A stretch of DNA of 64,000 bases from Tubiluchus corallicola (taxonomy: Eukaryota; Animalia; Priapulida), in the NCBI GenBank assembly GCA_030141605.1, contig JAQGDQ010002379.1, positions 248,001 to 312,000 of the forward strand, read 5' to 3'. The notes below the pieces were generated by a model. That model did no database searches. It was not told the DNA's origin and saw only the letters and a list, made by a program, of their open reading frames with translations. A program made the translations under genes and the position numbers. Shown piece by piece: positions 41,201 through 53,400 of this stretch. Within the stretch, counting starts at the first letter, position 1, and each line of letters begins with the position of its first letter.

Positions 41201-41962
41201 TTAACAGGTAATAAGATCTATAGTATCACGGCGTTGTTCAAGCAAAGATACAAAGTCAGGTTGAATATCAGAGGCCAGAGTAATACACCTCCATTCAGTT
41301 CTTTCTAAAGCATTTTTAAAGGTGACATAAGGTGAGTGACATTGTCATACCATTGCTCAATTTCAGACAAGTCTGCTTGTAAGATCTCTTGATCAGAGGA
41401 ATTTCTAATTGGACGGTAAGGCTTTATATCATCAAAAACAGCGGTATACGTGTGTCAGGGGATACACAATCAGTAACATCATTGACAAAAATAAGAAAAC
41501 AATTGGGTCCTGACAAAGTCCCTTGAGGAATGCCACTGGTTATATTTCTCCAGAAAGTGGTTACACCATTTAAACCCATTCTTCGCTGTTTGTGTGTTAG
41601 AAAATATTGAAACCATTGGAGTAGTTTCCCTCTTATACCTGCAAATTCCATTTTTAACACGAGACGACGAAGAGGAACAAAATCAAATGCTTTTCTAAAA
41701 TCAATATATAGAATATCAATTGATGGGAGAGAAGGTGCATCAAAGAATTGCGACCAGTCATTTAGGCATTCAAGACTTGTTACAGTGGAACGTTGTGGTA
41801 ATCAGCCATGACAAATCTATCCATGTTCAAAATAATGGGGGTAGCTGCAAAGGTGAGTGAGTTATTATTATTGACCTTGTTTTCCTTATTCAGGCAAACT
41901 GCTGCAGGATTTCCAGAAAATGGGTAACTTGTAAATGCATCGACGGTAAATAACGACAACAT
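34203..41962 (-). CDS. PBLD: Phenazine biosynthesis-like domain-containing protein (PhzF/MAWBP family isomerase); 6 exons, 296 aa
   Basis: Exons (minus): 41962-41876, 38964-38751, 38448-38306, 37310-37222, 35757-35522, 34324-34203; in phase, 891 nt. Motifs VDAFT..GNPAAV, EMNISETAF, LRWFTPTNEVPLCGHATLA, EDPVTGSAH, ARQCSKRGG. Confidence 0.95.
39190..39670 (+). mobile_element. Degenerate CR1-like LINE RT fragment
   Basis: Remnants LVKFSDNAKLY (FADD-like), WxMLFNVDK, LKFSQQCIVAVKKANKNLG. Confidence 0.7.
40990..41780 (-). mobile_element. Degenerate CR1-like LINE RT/3' fragment
   Basis: Minus strand: IDILYIDFRKAFD, GIRGKLLQWF, TSGIPQGTLSGP, FLIFVND, and the 3' motif FFASRVVGPWNSL. Confidence 0.88.
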
Positions 41963-42443
41963 TCTCAACTTAATTAAGGAAAAGCTACGTGAAATAAACA
42001 TTAGCACAAAAACAACGTATGAAAGGCGCAGACATTTTGTAATTGGCTTCTTGTACAGTGCTGCCGCAAAGAAAAATGCGGAGAAAACCAAAAATGCGCA
42101 GTGCATCAACCAGGAGCGGGGAGAATGTAGATTAGCCGTGTTAGGTGTTAGTTTTATCGTTATTCGTGTTACAAGTTGGTCAGATTTTATCAATTCGATG
42201 ACTTTAGGTAACTTAAATTATCCTACTCGCTGTGATTTACTGCACCAAGTGTGATTCTAGAAAGCACTTGTAAAACAGTAAGTCGATTCTTTAAGTGACG
42301 CTGTTGTTATCTCAGTTGGACAGATGCGCCATTTTCATCTTCATTTTAGTGTAACTGATTACTGAACCGTGAAATTTTAGGGATTTGTATAATTGGCGGC
42401 ATATGAAACCCAACCATCGAGAAGGCAGGTGACTTTCACGAAC
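41963..42443. promoter_or_regulatory. Probable bidirectional promoter PBLD / calcineurin A
   Basis: Only 481 bp separate the divergent start codons; a YY1-type motif cgccatttt lies at ~42328. Confidence 0.6.
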
Positions 42444-44411
42444 ATGGCGAACATAAGTGACAAGTTGCCATGTGCGGAAAGGATAGTAAAAAGTAAGTAT
42501 AATTATTAATGTTTTTTCGATTTGCAGTTGAATGTACAGTTGTACCTCGTACGCTGCACGTAGCTACATGCTGTAGAAATGTATATATTTATTTAGCTGA
42601 GACGGGTTTATTTATATTAGGCACAGCTAAGCATAACACTTCGAGTTTTTCAATTTAAGATTGTGATTGCTAAATAAAATGTGAACTTTGGTGAGTTAAA
42701 GCGTAAACCAATTTTTGCTATATCAAAGTTCACAGTTATAGTAAACTAAAGTGAAACAAGTTGGAGACAGCTGCCTTTTTATATATAGGAATTTCTGGTA
42801 TTCATTTTTCATTGAATAAAGAAAATTTAAATTAATGCCCAAAAGAATGGATGATTTAAAATGTCTGTAGTCACATCATATTGTCCACTAATTAAGTGCT
42901 TGAATTTTTTATCTAATAATGACCGGTTAACCTTAGCTATTTTAGGCCTAGACGTCAAAGCAAAATTAAGTCCAAGTAAAAAAAGTAAAAAAGAAACATT
43001 CTTTCTTAAAAATAATAATGTTAGATGTTATAAGTGGAGGAATGGATGTTAAGAAGTATTAAGTTAAAGAGTTAGAGAGATATTTTAGTAGATTGAACAT
43101 TGTCATTGTTCTTTATACATGTGAATGAACGTTACCCTGGATACATCTGCATACTGATTTCTTGTAAATTATGCATTAGCAGTGCTGCATCATAGTGCAT
43201 ATAGCCGCAGTGGTTACTGTTTAGCAGGATAGCTGCATTGATGATTGCAAATTTATGCAGGCAAACCTTTCTTGTGTTAAAAAAACTGCTTTGGTCATGT
43301 CACATTGTGAAACATCATGAAAGATGTTTGTAAAAAAATGTGGTTGCAAAAAGTTGCAAAATAAACCATAGACTGAGGCTAGCCCCTCAATGTATGTTTC
43401 CAATGGATGTATCCTAAATATGCATCCTCTTTTCAGTACTCGTGTTGTTGTTGGTTTTTTCTTTTTCTTCGTAGGCGCTGTACATGAAAAAAGGCTTAGG
43501 CTTCGACTCTTAAAAGCAGATCCAATAAATTGTTTGGTTTGGGTTGATACTAGAGAATATCATGAATAGACTAATAAAGTTGGATTTGTCGTATATGACA
43601 TGTCTAAGATGGTGATGTTGATGTCATGTTCACAGAAAGCTATTTGAGGTTGTACTATACCTAAACTAATGTAGCGAAATTTTTCAGAGTGAATCCATAG
43701 TTCTTCTATGAGTGCTATAATGACGGTTATAATTAATGATCAATGTTAGTCAAAGTGTAGCTATCATCAAGCCTCTTGTCTGGAAGAAAGTTCTTAAAGG
43801 TTCTCAAAGCTTACTAGCTTCGCAAAATCTTATTTTGGTACTAGGCATTATAATACATGTTTAAAACTATTAGCTACAAGTTTTGTGCATGCCCTAAGTA
43901 TTTTTAAGTGAGTAGTCATAAAACTTTAAATTGGCAATAGCAATAAGTGTTTGAAAAAGTTTTGTATTAAAGTAGCAGTTTTGTTAGTTGCAGTGTTAAT
44001 GGTAGAGGCAGTAGCAAATAGCAATAGCAGTAATAATAAGAAGGCTAAACTCCGCAAAAAAGTTAGCGCATAACCCACGATGACAAACTACACCACACCC
44101 ACCACACCACGCCACCCACACCCACTACATCATACCGTACCCCCCATGTCACACCCGCAAAACCGTCACTTTAACACGTTACTATACTAATACTAATACT
44201 ATACTACTATACAAATACTCTACTATACTATTTACTATCTATTGTGTGTTTCCTGTAGGCAGTACAGCCATAGCCATTAGCCAATGTTTGTGTCCATCTC
44301 TGTGAATGGTCTATTCCATGTCATTCAACTGCTTTTCCTAGCTTCACATAGTTATCCCAATTTGCCTGAAGCCTTGTTTTTTATTATATGCATATATATA
44401 TATATATGCTT

Positions 44412-44455
<44 letters not shown>

Positions 44456-47400
44456 TATACTATATACTATATATATATATGCTTGACTATATATATATAT
44501 AGTTGAATGACATGGAATATATATACATATAATATTATATTCTGTAAATGCAAAATTATTAATATTAATTTATTTATTAGCCACAGTTGCTTGGCAGGTA
44601 GTTTTTAAACATTTTTGTGATAGTATGTGTACTTAAATACAATTCTATCAACCGTAGGAGCTGGCGTACAAAATATTTCAAAGTTAAACCAAAATAAAAA
44701 AGAATAAAAATTCGTTTCAAAGTCAAATTCAGAAAAATTTGTTAACCCGAAGTAAAAAAGAGATATTTTGGAGATTTTTGTAAAATCACATACGTGAATA
44801 TTGGCATCTTCGGGACACAAATAGCCTTCTGGTTTGTTTAATGGTCTGAGTCACACTGGTATTCATGACATAGATTAACTTACAAAATCACACGTGAGAA
44901 TGACGATATGATACTTTTTGCCTAAATTTTGTTATTTTAGAAAAGTTAAATATTCGTGTTTCTCGTGTCATTTTACACTGTGCAGTATGTAGCTGTGCTA
45001 TGAGGAAGTGTAAATAATACACATATGATCACACCACTATGAAGCACAAGGGTACATGGCCTCTTCGTTTGGAAATCGTGTTATTACTGTCTAATATAAT
45101 ACTTTGGTCTTTTAACCTTTAGATTTTGAAAGTCGATAAATGAATCTTTTGCATTTTCAGTTTATTAAACTTCACCTTATTGTTAGTAGTTTGGCTGCAA
45201 GGGCAAAAAGAATTTATGCATGCTTTACTTTTATTATAAATGATTTTTACAATTGTAACTCCAGACTTCCACACTTAATGTTAGGGATTTAAAAAATAAG
45301 TCTTTAAAATAGTATGAATAGCGTCTTAAATGATACAAGGCTGTGAGTTCAAGTTTTAATTTGAATTTGTTAAATTTTGTGATTGACATTCATAAAATTT
45401 AGTCATGTGCTATAAAATTGTTCATAAAGAGCTATATCTAAATGTTGACAAACTTGTCAACAAAACCAAAAGTAACCATTCGCTCAAACTCTTTGTTAGG
45501 CGTACTGCAAAAAAAGCTTTTGCTGACTTTTTCTCGAACAAGGTTGTCCCTATCTGGAATAGCTTACCCGCACAACTAAATGGATTTCCACTTGTAACAG
45601 CACAGACCCAAAACATTTTAAAACTAGGTTAGATGCTGTGGACTTAATTGGATTTTTGCTTTTTGATTGGCTCTTATAAGCAAGTAATTCAGCCTCTGAG
45701 CGTCTCCCCAACATCATAAATTCGATGATTTTTTTATGTAAACACTTGCTTTTTAATTATGGTTTGTGTGTGATGTGAAAATAAATTAAATTAAAATTTA
45801 AAAAATTAAAACTCTTTTATACTTTCAAAACTGCATGAAATTTGCATGTAGTTTATTGCCACCAGGCAGCTGTTATATGTAGTTTTAAATCTGTATGTAA
45901 TCGTTATATTAATTAATTTTAGCGGCAATGTCACAAAAAGTGCTTTGATTACCCATATATAGTGTTCTGCTAATGGACCGTAGTGCTAGTGAACCAAAAA
46001 AATCGATTTTTTGCATAGGATAAGTGATTTTAAATGAACCAATGACGTGGTTAAATGAACAGCAAATTCCGAAAAAATGATAAGGGAAAAAGATTACTGT
46101 ATTACCATAGTTCATGAATGACACTTGGCTGATGGGGGCCCATGTACTGAAGCCGTCATATGTACAGCAGGCAGCTAGGTTCTATTTTGGGTTTGCGGTT
46201 TCTGCCCTGTTTAACATCATTAGGCTGAAGATTTTCACAGCATCCCATGACCTACGCGTCTTAGTCGTGAAATTGTATGCCAGGGTGAGAAATTGTCGAA
46301 TCAAAATCTGAAGTTTAATTTGATTTATTTGTTGCTAGCTACTCATTAGAAACTCAGGACTTACAAGCGCTGCTGCAATTATGCTATGTGATTAAATTTA
46401 TGCAGGGTACCAGAGGCTGGACATCCTTTTACCACATCAGATATGTGAAGACCCTTTCAAAAACGTCAGCATTTGAATAATGTACAACTATGAATATTGC
46501 TCTAAATATGATAGACATTTAGGATAACTTAGCTTAAACTGTGTGCTTTATTTGTAGTGTAAAGCTTTTAAATCAGTCTTAAAATTTTTCAAATGGTCTA
46601 CTCTTAAACTTTCTACCAACTAACGCTACCTGAATAACAAGATTGAAAATCACAAATGTATAAAAAAAAGTTTTCTATTTTGAGCTGTCTCCCTGATAAT
46701 GCAATATGTAAAGTGAACCAATATCAGTCTTCTTCAACATAAGAAGTTGAGTATTTTTCTTATGACAAAAATTTCTGCAGAAATCAGACTGCGAGAGTTT
46801 ATAAACCATTAACTTTAAGTTTTTTAATGTATGACTTCACTAACTTATGTGACCATTTAGTAAATTTAAATTAAAAAAACGTTAAAGAAATTAAAATGTA
46901 GATCCACTGAATAAAAAATCCCACAGTTAAAAAACAAGGAAAAGGTAAGTTCTAAGCACAACGTTTCGAAAAAAATTCTTTTTTGTACCTTTGTATTCAC
47001 CTAAAAAACTACTATAGTGGTTCGAAACGTCACGCACTTTCTTTGTTCTTTCTTGTTTTTTCTTATTTTTTTTGGTCACTGTCGCAGTTCTTGTTACTAA
47101 GAATACTATTGCATATATTGATAAATTCGGTACATTTTTTTCCACAATAGGGGCCATTATAGGGCTATATACCAGCTAAAAATTAAACACAATTTACACA
47201 GAGTAAAATATTTAAGGCCTTTTTTGATCATGAATTTTCCGTGCCATAAATGTTCTCATTGACTTTAGGTTACATTTTTAACATTATTGCTCATCTTGAA
47301 AACGTGAACATAATAAATTAAATTTAAGCCACCTCTAATCTCCTCGTCACCCGTGGCCCGCATGTGACCTTCTCTTGGCTGAGTTAATGGACTAAGAAAA

Positions 47401-50400
47401 CAATCCGACAGGAGATACACAAACTCTGAGGTTTGAAAAACTTATGGCTCGTTTTTTCCTTCTTAATTTTAAAATTGGAAAGTTGGTTTCCGCATGTTGG
47501 AAATAAATGCCATGTGTTTCAGGGAAAAGTATAAATTATCCTACGCAAGGTGCTTATTTTCGAGCATCGATCAATACAAAAGCGGAATACGGTCAGAAAA
47601 GACACTTTTTGTCAGAAACACTGTATCTAGCTTTTGCTTTTAAATTCTGAGCTTAGCTATGGGCGCTATACTTGTACATACCTTTTCCATCATAAATACT
47701 GTACATGTGGATAGCATATTCTCTTTTTAAATTTTGGCTTGCCGTTTAAATTTACATTAGCCGGTGTTACTGTATGTGTAAATTACGTGTACAGAATGGC
47801 ATACTGTAAATGTGACGAAAGGGACTACTGTACAACTTAGTCTGTATTTACTAATTTTAGTTACCAGTAGTTTAAAAAATCGCATGTTTTACTCTAGAGC
47901 TTTTTTAAAAATGTTTAAACCCGGTTGGACTAATGTTCTCATTTTAGTTTACTGTTGCATCTTATAATAGAGCTCGTTTTTGATGCTAAATAGAACTCAT
48001 GCTTGCCCCGAATTAGACTATTTCTCTGTTTTGTAGATTTTTGCAGTAGTGGAACTTCGTAGAAATATTAATGGTCTCTTAGGAACGCATCAGTTAGACT
48101 AATGTTCTGCCAATATCCATTCCTCCAACGTTGTGCAGTTACTTAAACTTACTTTCCATATGTTTTAAAACCCCCAAGGAAACAAATTTACCCATCTATC
48201 TTCAACTTGCTTGCCGCTAGCTCCGGGTAGGAGTACGCTTTAATGATAACTGCTGTCTACCCTGTCTACGGGTCTAACTTTATGATTCTGTACTGCATAA
48301 CAAAGTTGCATATATTGAATTGTCAGTTCCGTCTGTCTGTCTGTCCGTCAGTCACTACTTTTTCTCGGCCGTGGAGTAATGTAGGTTATCTATACCTCGC
48401 ACGGACATAGGGCATCATTCAAGCTGTTAGTTTTTCAATCAATCGGTGTAGTTTTGAACTTTTGACGCATAACAATTATACGGTATAATAAGAATATTTT
48501 TATCGCTATAATAAGCTGCGTACCGCGACTATAGGTTTATTGGTCATATATGTTTGTTTGTATCTGTACGTCATGCGTCTCTAGATGTCTATACTTTCTA
48601 TACGTCTATATGTATCTGTACGTTTATCAGTATCTGGCCATTTTTTTACGTAATTAACCGTCAAGTAACATTGAAGGATATCACCTCGCGCAGTGGAAGG
48701 GCATCTTTCAAGCGCGGAGCCGACTACAGAAGTTTCGGTCCTAAACATCTATCTGTCTCTTTGTCTGTCAGTCTGTTACCACTTTCGCTCGCTCCCGAGT
48801 AATCTAAAAAGTTGAAACGTCTTACAACTGTAGGGCATGGTTCAACCTCGTATACATACTGTAAATTTTGGGGTCAGTTGGCACAGCTTTCTTGAAGATT
48901 TGTGTATAGCAAAGTTCTGTAACTATCGCTCAAGTGTACGTGATCGAGTGACAACTAAGTGAATTATGATTCATTATAAGCATCAGATAACAACAATCAC
49001 TAACATATGTTATGCAGAAAACATATTTTTGTGACAGCCTCCATGTACGTAAACCCGCAGGATATGATGGTAGTCTGTGGTTTTTCAAAGCCTTCAAGTA
49101 TACCTGTATCTGAATTTAGATCTTTGTTTGAAGTTTTAAGTTTTTAAATCCACACGCATTGTAACTCGGACACGTTTAAAGTTTCTTCTATTAAAAATTC
49201 AAATTAGAATTCTGGCCAAATTAGAAATTTAGTATCATTTTAAGTGTCATTGGAGAATATACATCTTTGAAATTGTCTCAGAATATATCGACCTCGTCAT
49301 GGCAACTATGTCCCTTTACTTAAGTTACTTTAGTTAAGATTCTGCTTATAGCAGAATCTTCTTGATTTTTTAATTTAGTTTGAGTTTAATATTATAAAAT
49401 GCAAAAAAGTGCAAATTATATTTTTTTATTTTCCTGCAAGTTATGTATGTTTTGTTTTGAGATTAAAATGATAATCTTTACGAATTTACCATCATATGCA
49501 TACGTCTGTATTCTGACAGCACAAGTTTCCTTACCATCATTTTGCATTTTACTGCAGTTATAGTTTCATAGTAGACTGTTTGAGGATATCATATCCAGAA
49601 CTTTCCAGAAATTTATTTTATGTCTATTCTCTACCGAACGTGCAAAACAGATGTGAAAAAAATCTGCCAAAGGACTGGAAAGATGTTCTTAAAACTACTC
49701 TGCCCTGTTATTAATAAGGTTCCCTTGTATACAAAAAGGATACTGTCAGAGCTTAAATTAAAACACTTGTAAAAATTTACTATAACCATTTTAAAGTTAT
49801 CCGAATAATTACTTTTGTCATTACTGTTACAGACAAGAGGTGTGCAATACAACCTATAAACATCAAGCAGTGTCATAAACGAATGGTCTCATAAAATATA
49901 TTTTTGTCCCTTGCTATAAAAATCTGGTCATATTTTTGTACAAATGCAACCTTTTTATAAGTTGAACTGGTTTTCACGTTTGTTAGGCAGTGTTTGCATC
50001 TGTCATGCATCTTGAATGGACGTAGCTCATTTACGAGGAAGGACGAAAACATATCACATTGTAGAAATGTAATGGTAATAAAAATAAATGAGATGTGACA
50101 CTTCATTGCTCAGAAGAAGATTCTGTTTCAGAACTATAGAGAAATTTTGGGCAATAACAGGAATGACAAGGTAACAGCAATGACTAGTGAGGTAACAGTA
50201 CAACAAGAATGACACATATACACACTATATAAGCAACAACAAGTGTTTTATTAAATCTTCGTAACTGTTTGACAAGAACAGAAAAAATACAGCTTTTAAA
50301 TTTTTTATAAAAAGAACAATATCCATAAAAAACTCACTATATAATAAATTTTAATTTGAAAATCCGTCGTTTCTGCTATGCTCTAGCAATCTTTGTCAGG

Positions 50401-53400
50401 AGTATATTATGAGGCATTAAAATTCGAAACAAAACAAAAGCATTATAGCAAAACTAAGGGTATCTATGAAAACAATAATCATAGAGGAGAAAAACAGAAA
50501 ATGTAATCTATCATTAATATAATATAGAATGATAATTCTTTAATATATATATTATATATGTGTGTGTGCGTGTGCGCGCGTGCATGTGTGTGCGTGCATG
50601 CGTGTGTGATTTTTATTTAAAGCTAAGTTTTTACAATTAAGGCAGATTCAACTACGTGTTTCTTTAGTGATGTTCCTAGCTGGAAACGTTGGATTTCTCT
50701 AATGTAAATTTACTAATATTCATTATATAATGGATTGTTTATGAAATAGGTCAGAACAGATTTGGCCAAAAACAGATTTGTTTTAAGAAAAATCACAGGA
50801 ACAGTAATCTTGTTGAAACTCAAACTGCACGTACATTATCGCAGCTGCTAATGGAACGCCATAAGAAAATATTAAATTATAAATGCCTTTGTCTTCTACA
50901 GGTACATCTATTGGCTAATCTACCCATGCCATTGTTTAAACTGTGAAAAGCAGAAACTTCATGTTGTGCTAGTTTCCTTTCTATAAGCCAGATGGTCTCT
51001 CTGCTACTACACAATACTACTCTGAAATATCAAGATATCTTCTTACGTGTCATTGCTGTTACTTTGTTGTCACTCCTGTAACTTGAACGATTATAACAGG
51101 AGTGACAGTAACAGGAATGACTGTCAAGGAAAAAAACCTGCTCACACGGGCTAACTATCCTACTTCACCCTTTCCAAATAATTAGATTCAACACAGTAAA
51201 GTACTAAAATTAACCAGGCATGATTATAAGCATTTTATGTTCTGTTTTCTAATAACGGGATATATAACAGTAATGATCATGAATTAACATATCCAGAAAC
51301 AATGAACCCAAACTTTTGTCAGAAAACTTAAAAAAATATTGGAGAAGCCACCGTTAAAAAGTTTGCCAAATCACAATAGGTGGTGCTCTCTACTAACAAA
51401 TATTTAAAACAATAGAGTCAATCAGTGGTACATGCCTCAGCTTTTCCACCAAAGTAACAGGAATGTCGTTGAACTTGGAGACACACGTGAAATTAAACAA
51501 CACAAATATTTGCTAGTTCTGAAAGTATTTGGGAAGAGGAGTTTCACCTTTAGTGTGCTGTTTAGAATAAAATACTGCAAATTAGTTTTTAAACGGATAC
51601 TTTCTGCCAAATCTATCTAGAAAAGTTGAAAATGGGCACTGGGGACATAGGAAAAACTTTCACAGGAACTGATTTCAGCTTCAATAGAAATGTCCAAATC
51701 ACTTTTCTGGCAACAAATACAACTGGAATAAGTTTCTTTGGTGTCTACCAGTCATGAGACAGTATTGCACCAGAAACTTTGTTATTTAAAAAAATTATCC
51801 TGGGACAAAAATTGTACGTTCTGTGGAGAATGGCCCACTTACAGAATGCTAATATTTTTCATCTGAAGACTGAAACTGAAAGGGTAAAAAAAGTGTAGAA
51901 TATATACGGGTATCTCTTAATGGGAACGAGTGTGGATTGCAGAAAGATGACTGATGTCCCACGTTGTCCCACAACTTAAGAGGCTTATGGTACTAAATCA
52001 AATACTGCTTGTAAATCTGTTTCTGAAAGAAGTCGAAATAATTAATTTAAAAAAGCCCAGTCTGTATTTTCGTAGGAGATGCTACTTAAGTAGTCCAGTC
52101 GGTATTGTATTGGCAGTTTATCTTGGAGCTTTGTTTGTTTTCTTTTGCGGTCAAGAGCGGGTTCTAGGCTTTATAGTTTAAAGCACCTAAGTTTAGCACT
52201 TGGAAAGGGAAGCCCAACTGACCCAGTAATTGGCGCGAAAAGACACAGTTCTGTAATGCATGGCTTCATATTCCAGCTGCTGGAGAAACTATATTTGGAA
52301 CTGATCACAGCTTCCTCATAACTGCGCATGAGACTCGGAAAGCTTTCCGTGTGTCAAGGAACTGTATTTTTGTTTGCCTTGCATTTTATTCACTGTCTGA
52401 ATAATGCAATAAGGCTGGTCTTGTGGTCGTGTTAGCGTGATTGCCTCTTTTATTTCAAAAAACACCTTGTTACACAAAGAAATTTTTTTCGAAAGTTGGC
52501 GGAGGTGATTAACAAATAATGGAAGCAGAAAGTCCATAATTATAGTTGCTAAAAATGGGTAAATGTAGTGTTGGAATAGGGGTGAGCATTCTCTACCAGA
52601 AAGCGAATTCGAATCGAATCGAATCGAATTTGTGACTTTCTAATTCGAATTGAACCGAACTTCATTATTTCGATTTCAAATTGAGATTGAATGATTTTCG
52701 AACCAGTTTTCGAACCACCAGTAAAAATTAGTTTTACAAAGATCATGCATATTACTCGACTTTGTTCTACAGTAAAACCACTAATAATGTGTCTAAAAAA
52801 TTGTGCACAGAAATCACAGCTAAATTATGCTAATTGCATGGTGTTTCAAACATTTTAATGATAAAGAACGCATGTGGTTGAAGTGCTGAATTATTTGAAT
52901 CTATTGTTTTAGGTTCGAAACGAATTCGAACTAAAAAACTCGTTCGCACTCAAACGTTCGATGCTCACCCCTAGTGTGGAACATAGTGTTGTTCAAATGC
53001 CAGTGTCTGCCAACTAGAATTCGTTAGGTTGATAAACAGAATGATAAAAAAGTTACGAAACTAAAAGGCAAAATGTACAATATAATACTGGTCGACACCA
53101 CATAGAAGCAGCCCCTGAAAGCGCCTAGTGAACTTAGTTCAATTGTATGATTTAGCTTTTGCTGAAGTTTTACTAAACGTTTACGAACATGTTAAGTTTT
53201 CTGGCACTCATAGCGGGTAGCAGTCTCGATGTAGCGAATCATTTCAGGTAGAGCGCGCTCATTGTCACCAGGATCATAGTTAATACTGTACAGACTACTG
53301 TCTATATGTTCTCTATAAAATTTATTAAATAGTGAAATGTTTGTAGTGAATCTTAGTGATAACACTAAGCATGGAAAACGACCCTTCAACTAACTTCTGA

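Noticed and set aside
34203-41962. Horizontally acquired phenazine biosynthesis cluster
   Set aside because: PBLD is a widespread intron-containing eukaryotic gene, and no other phz-like genes (phzA/B, D, E, G) are present.
41963-42193. N-terminal hydrophobic extension of PBLD suggested by ORF 41780-42193
   Set aside because: Family similarity begins at MLSLFTVDAFT; the upstream part is most simply 5'UTR/promoter, although an upstream in-frame ATG cannot be excluded.
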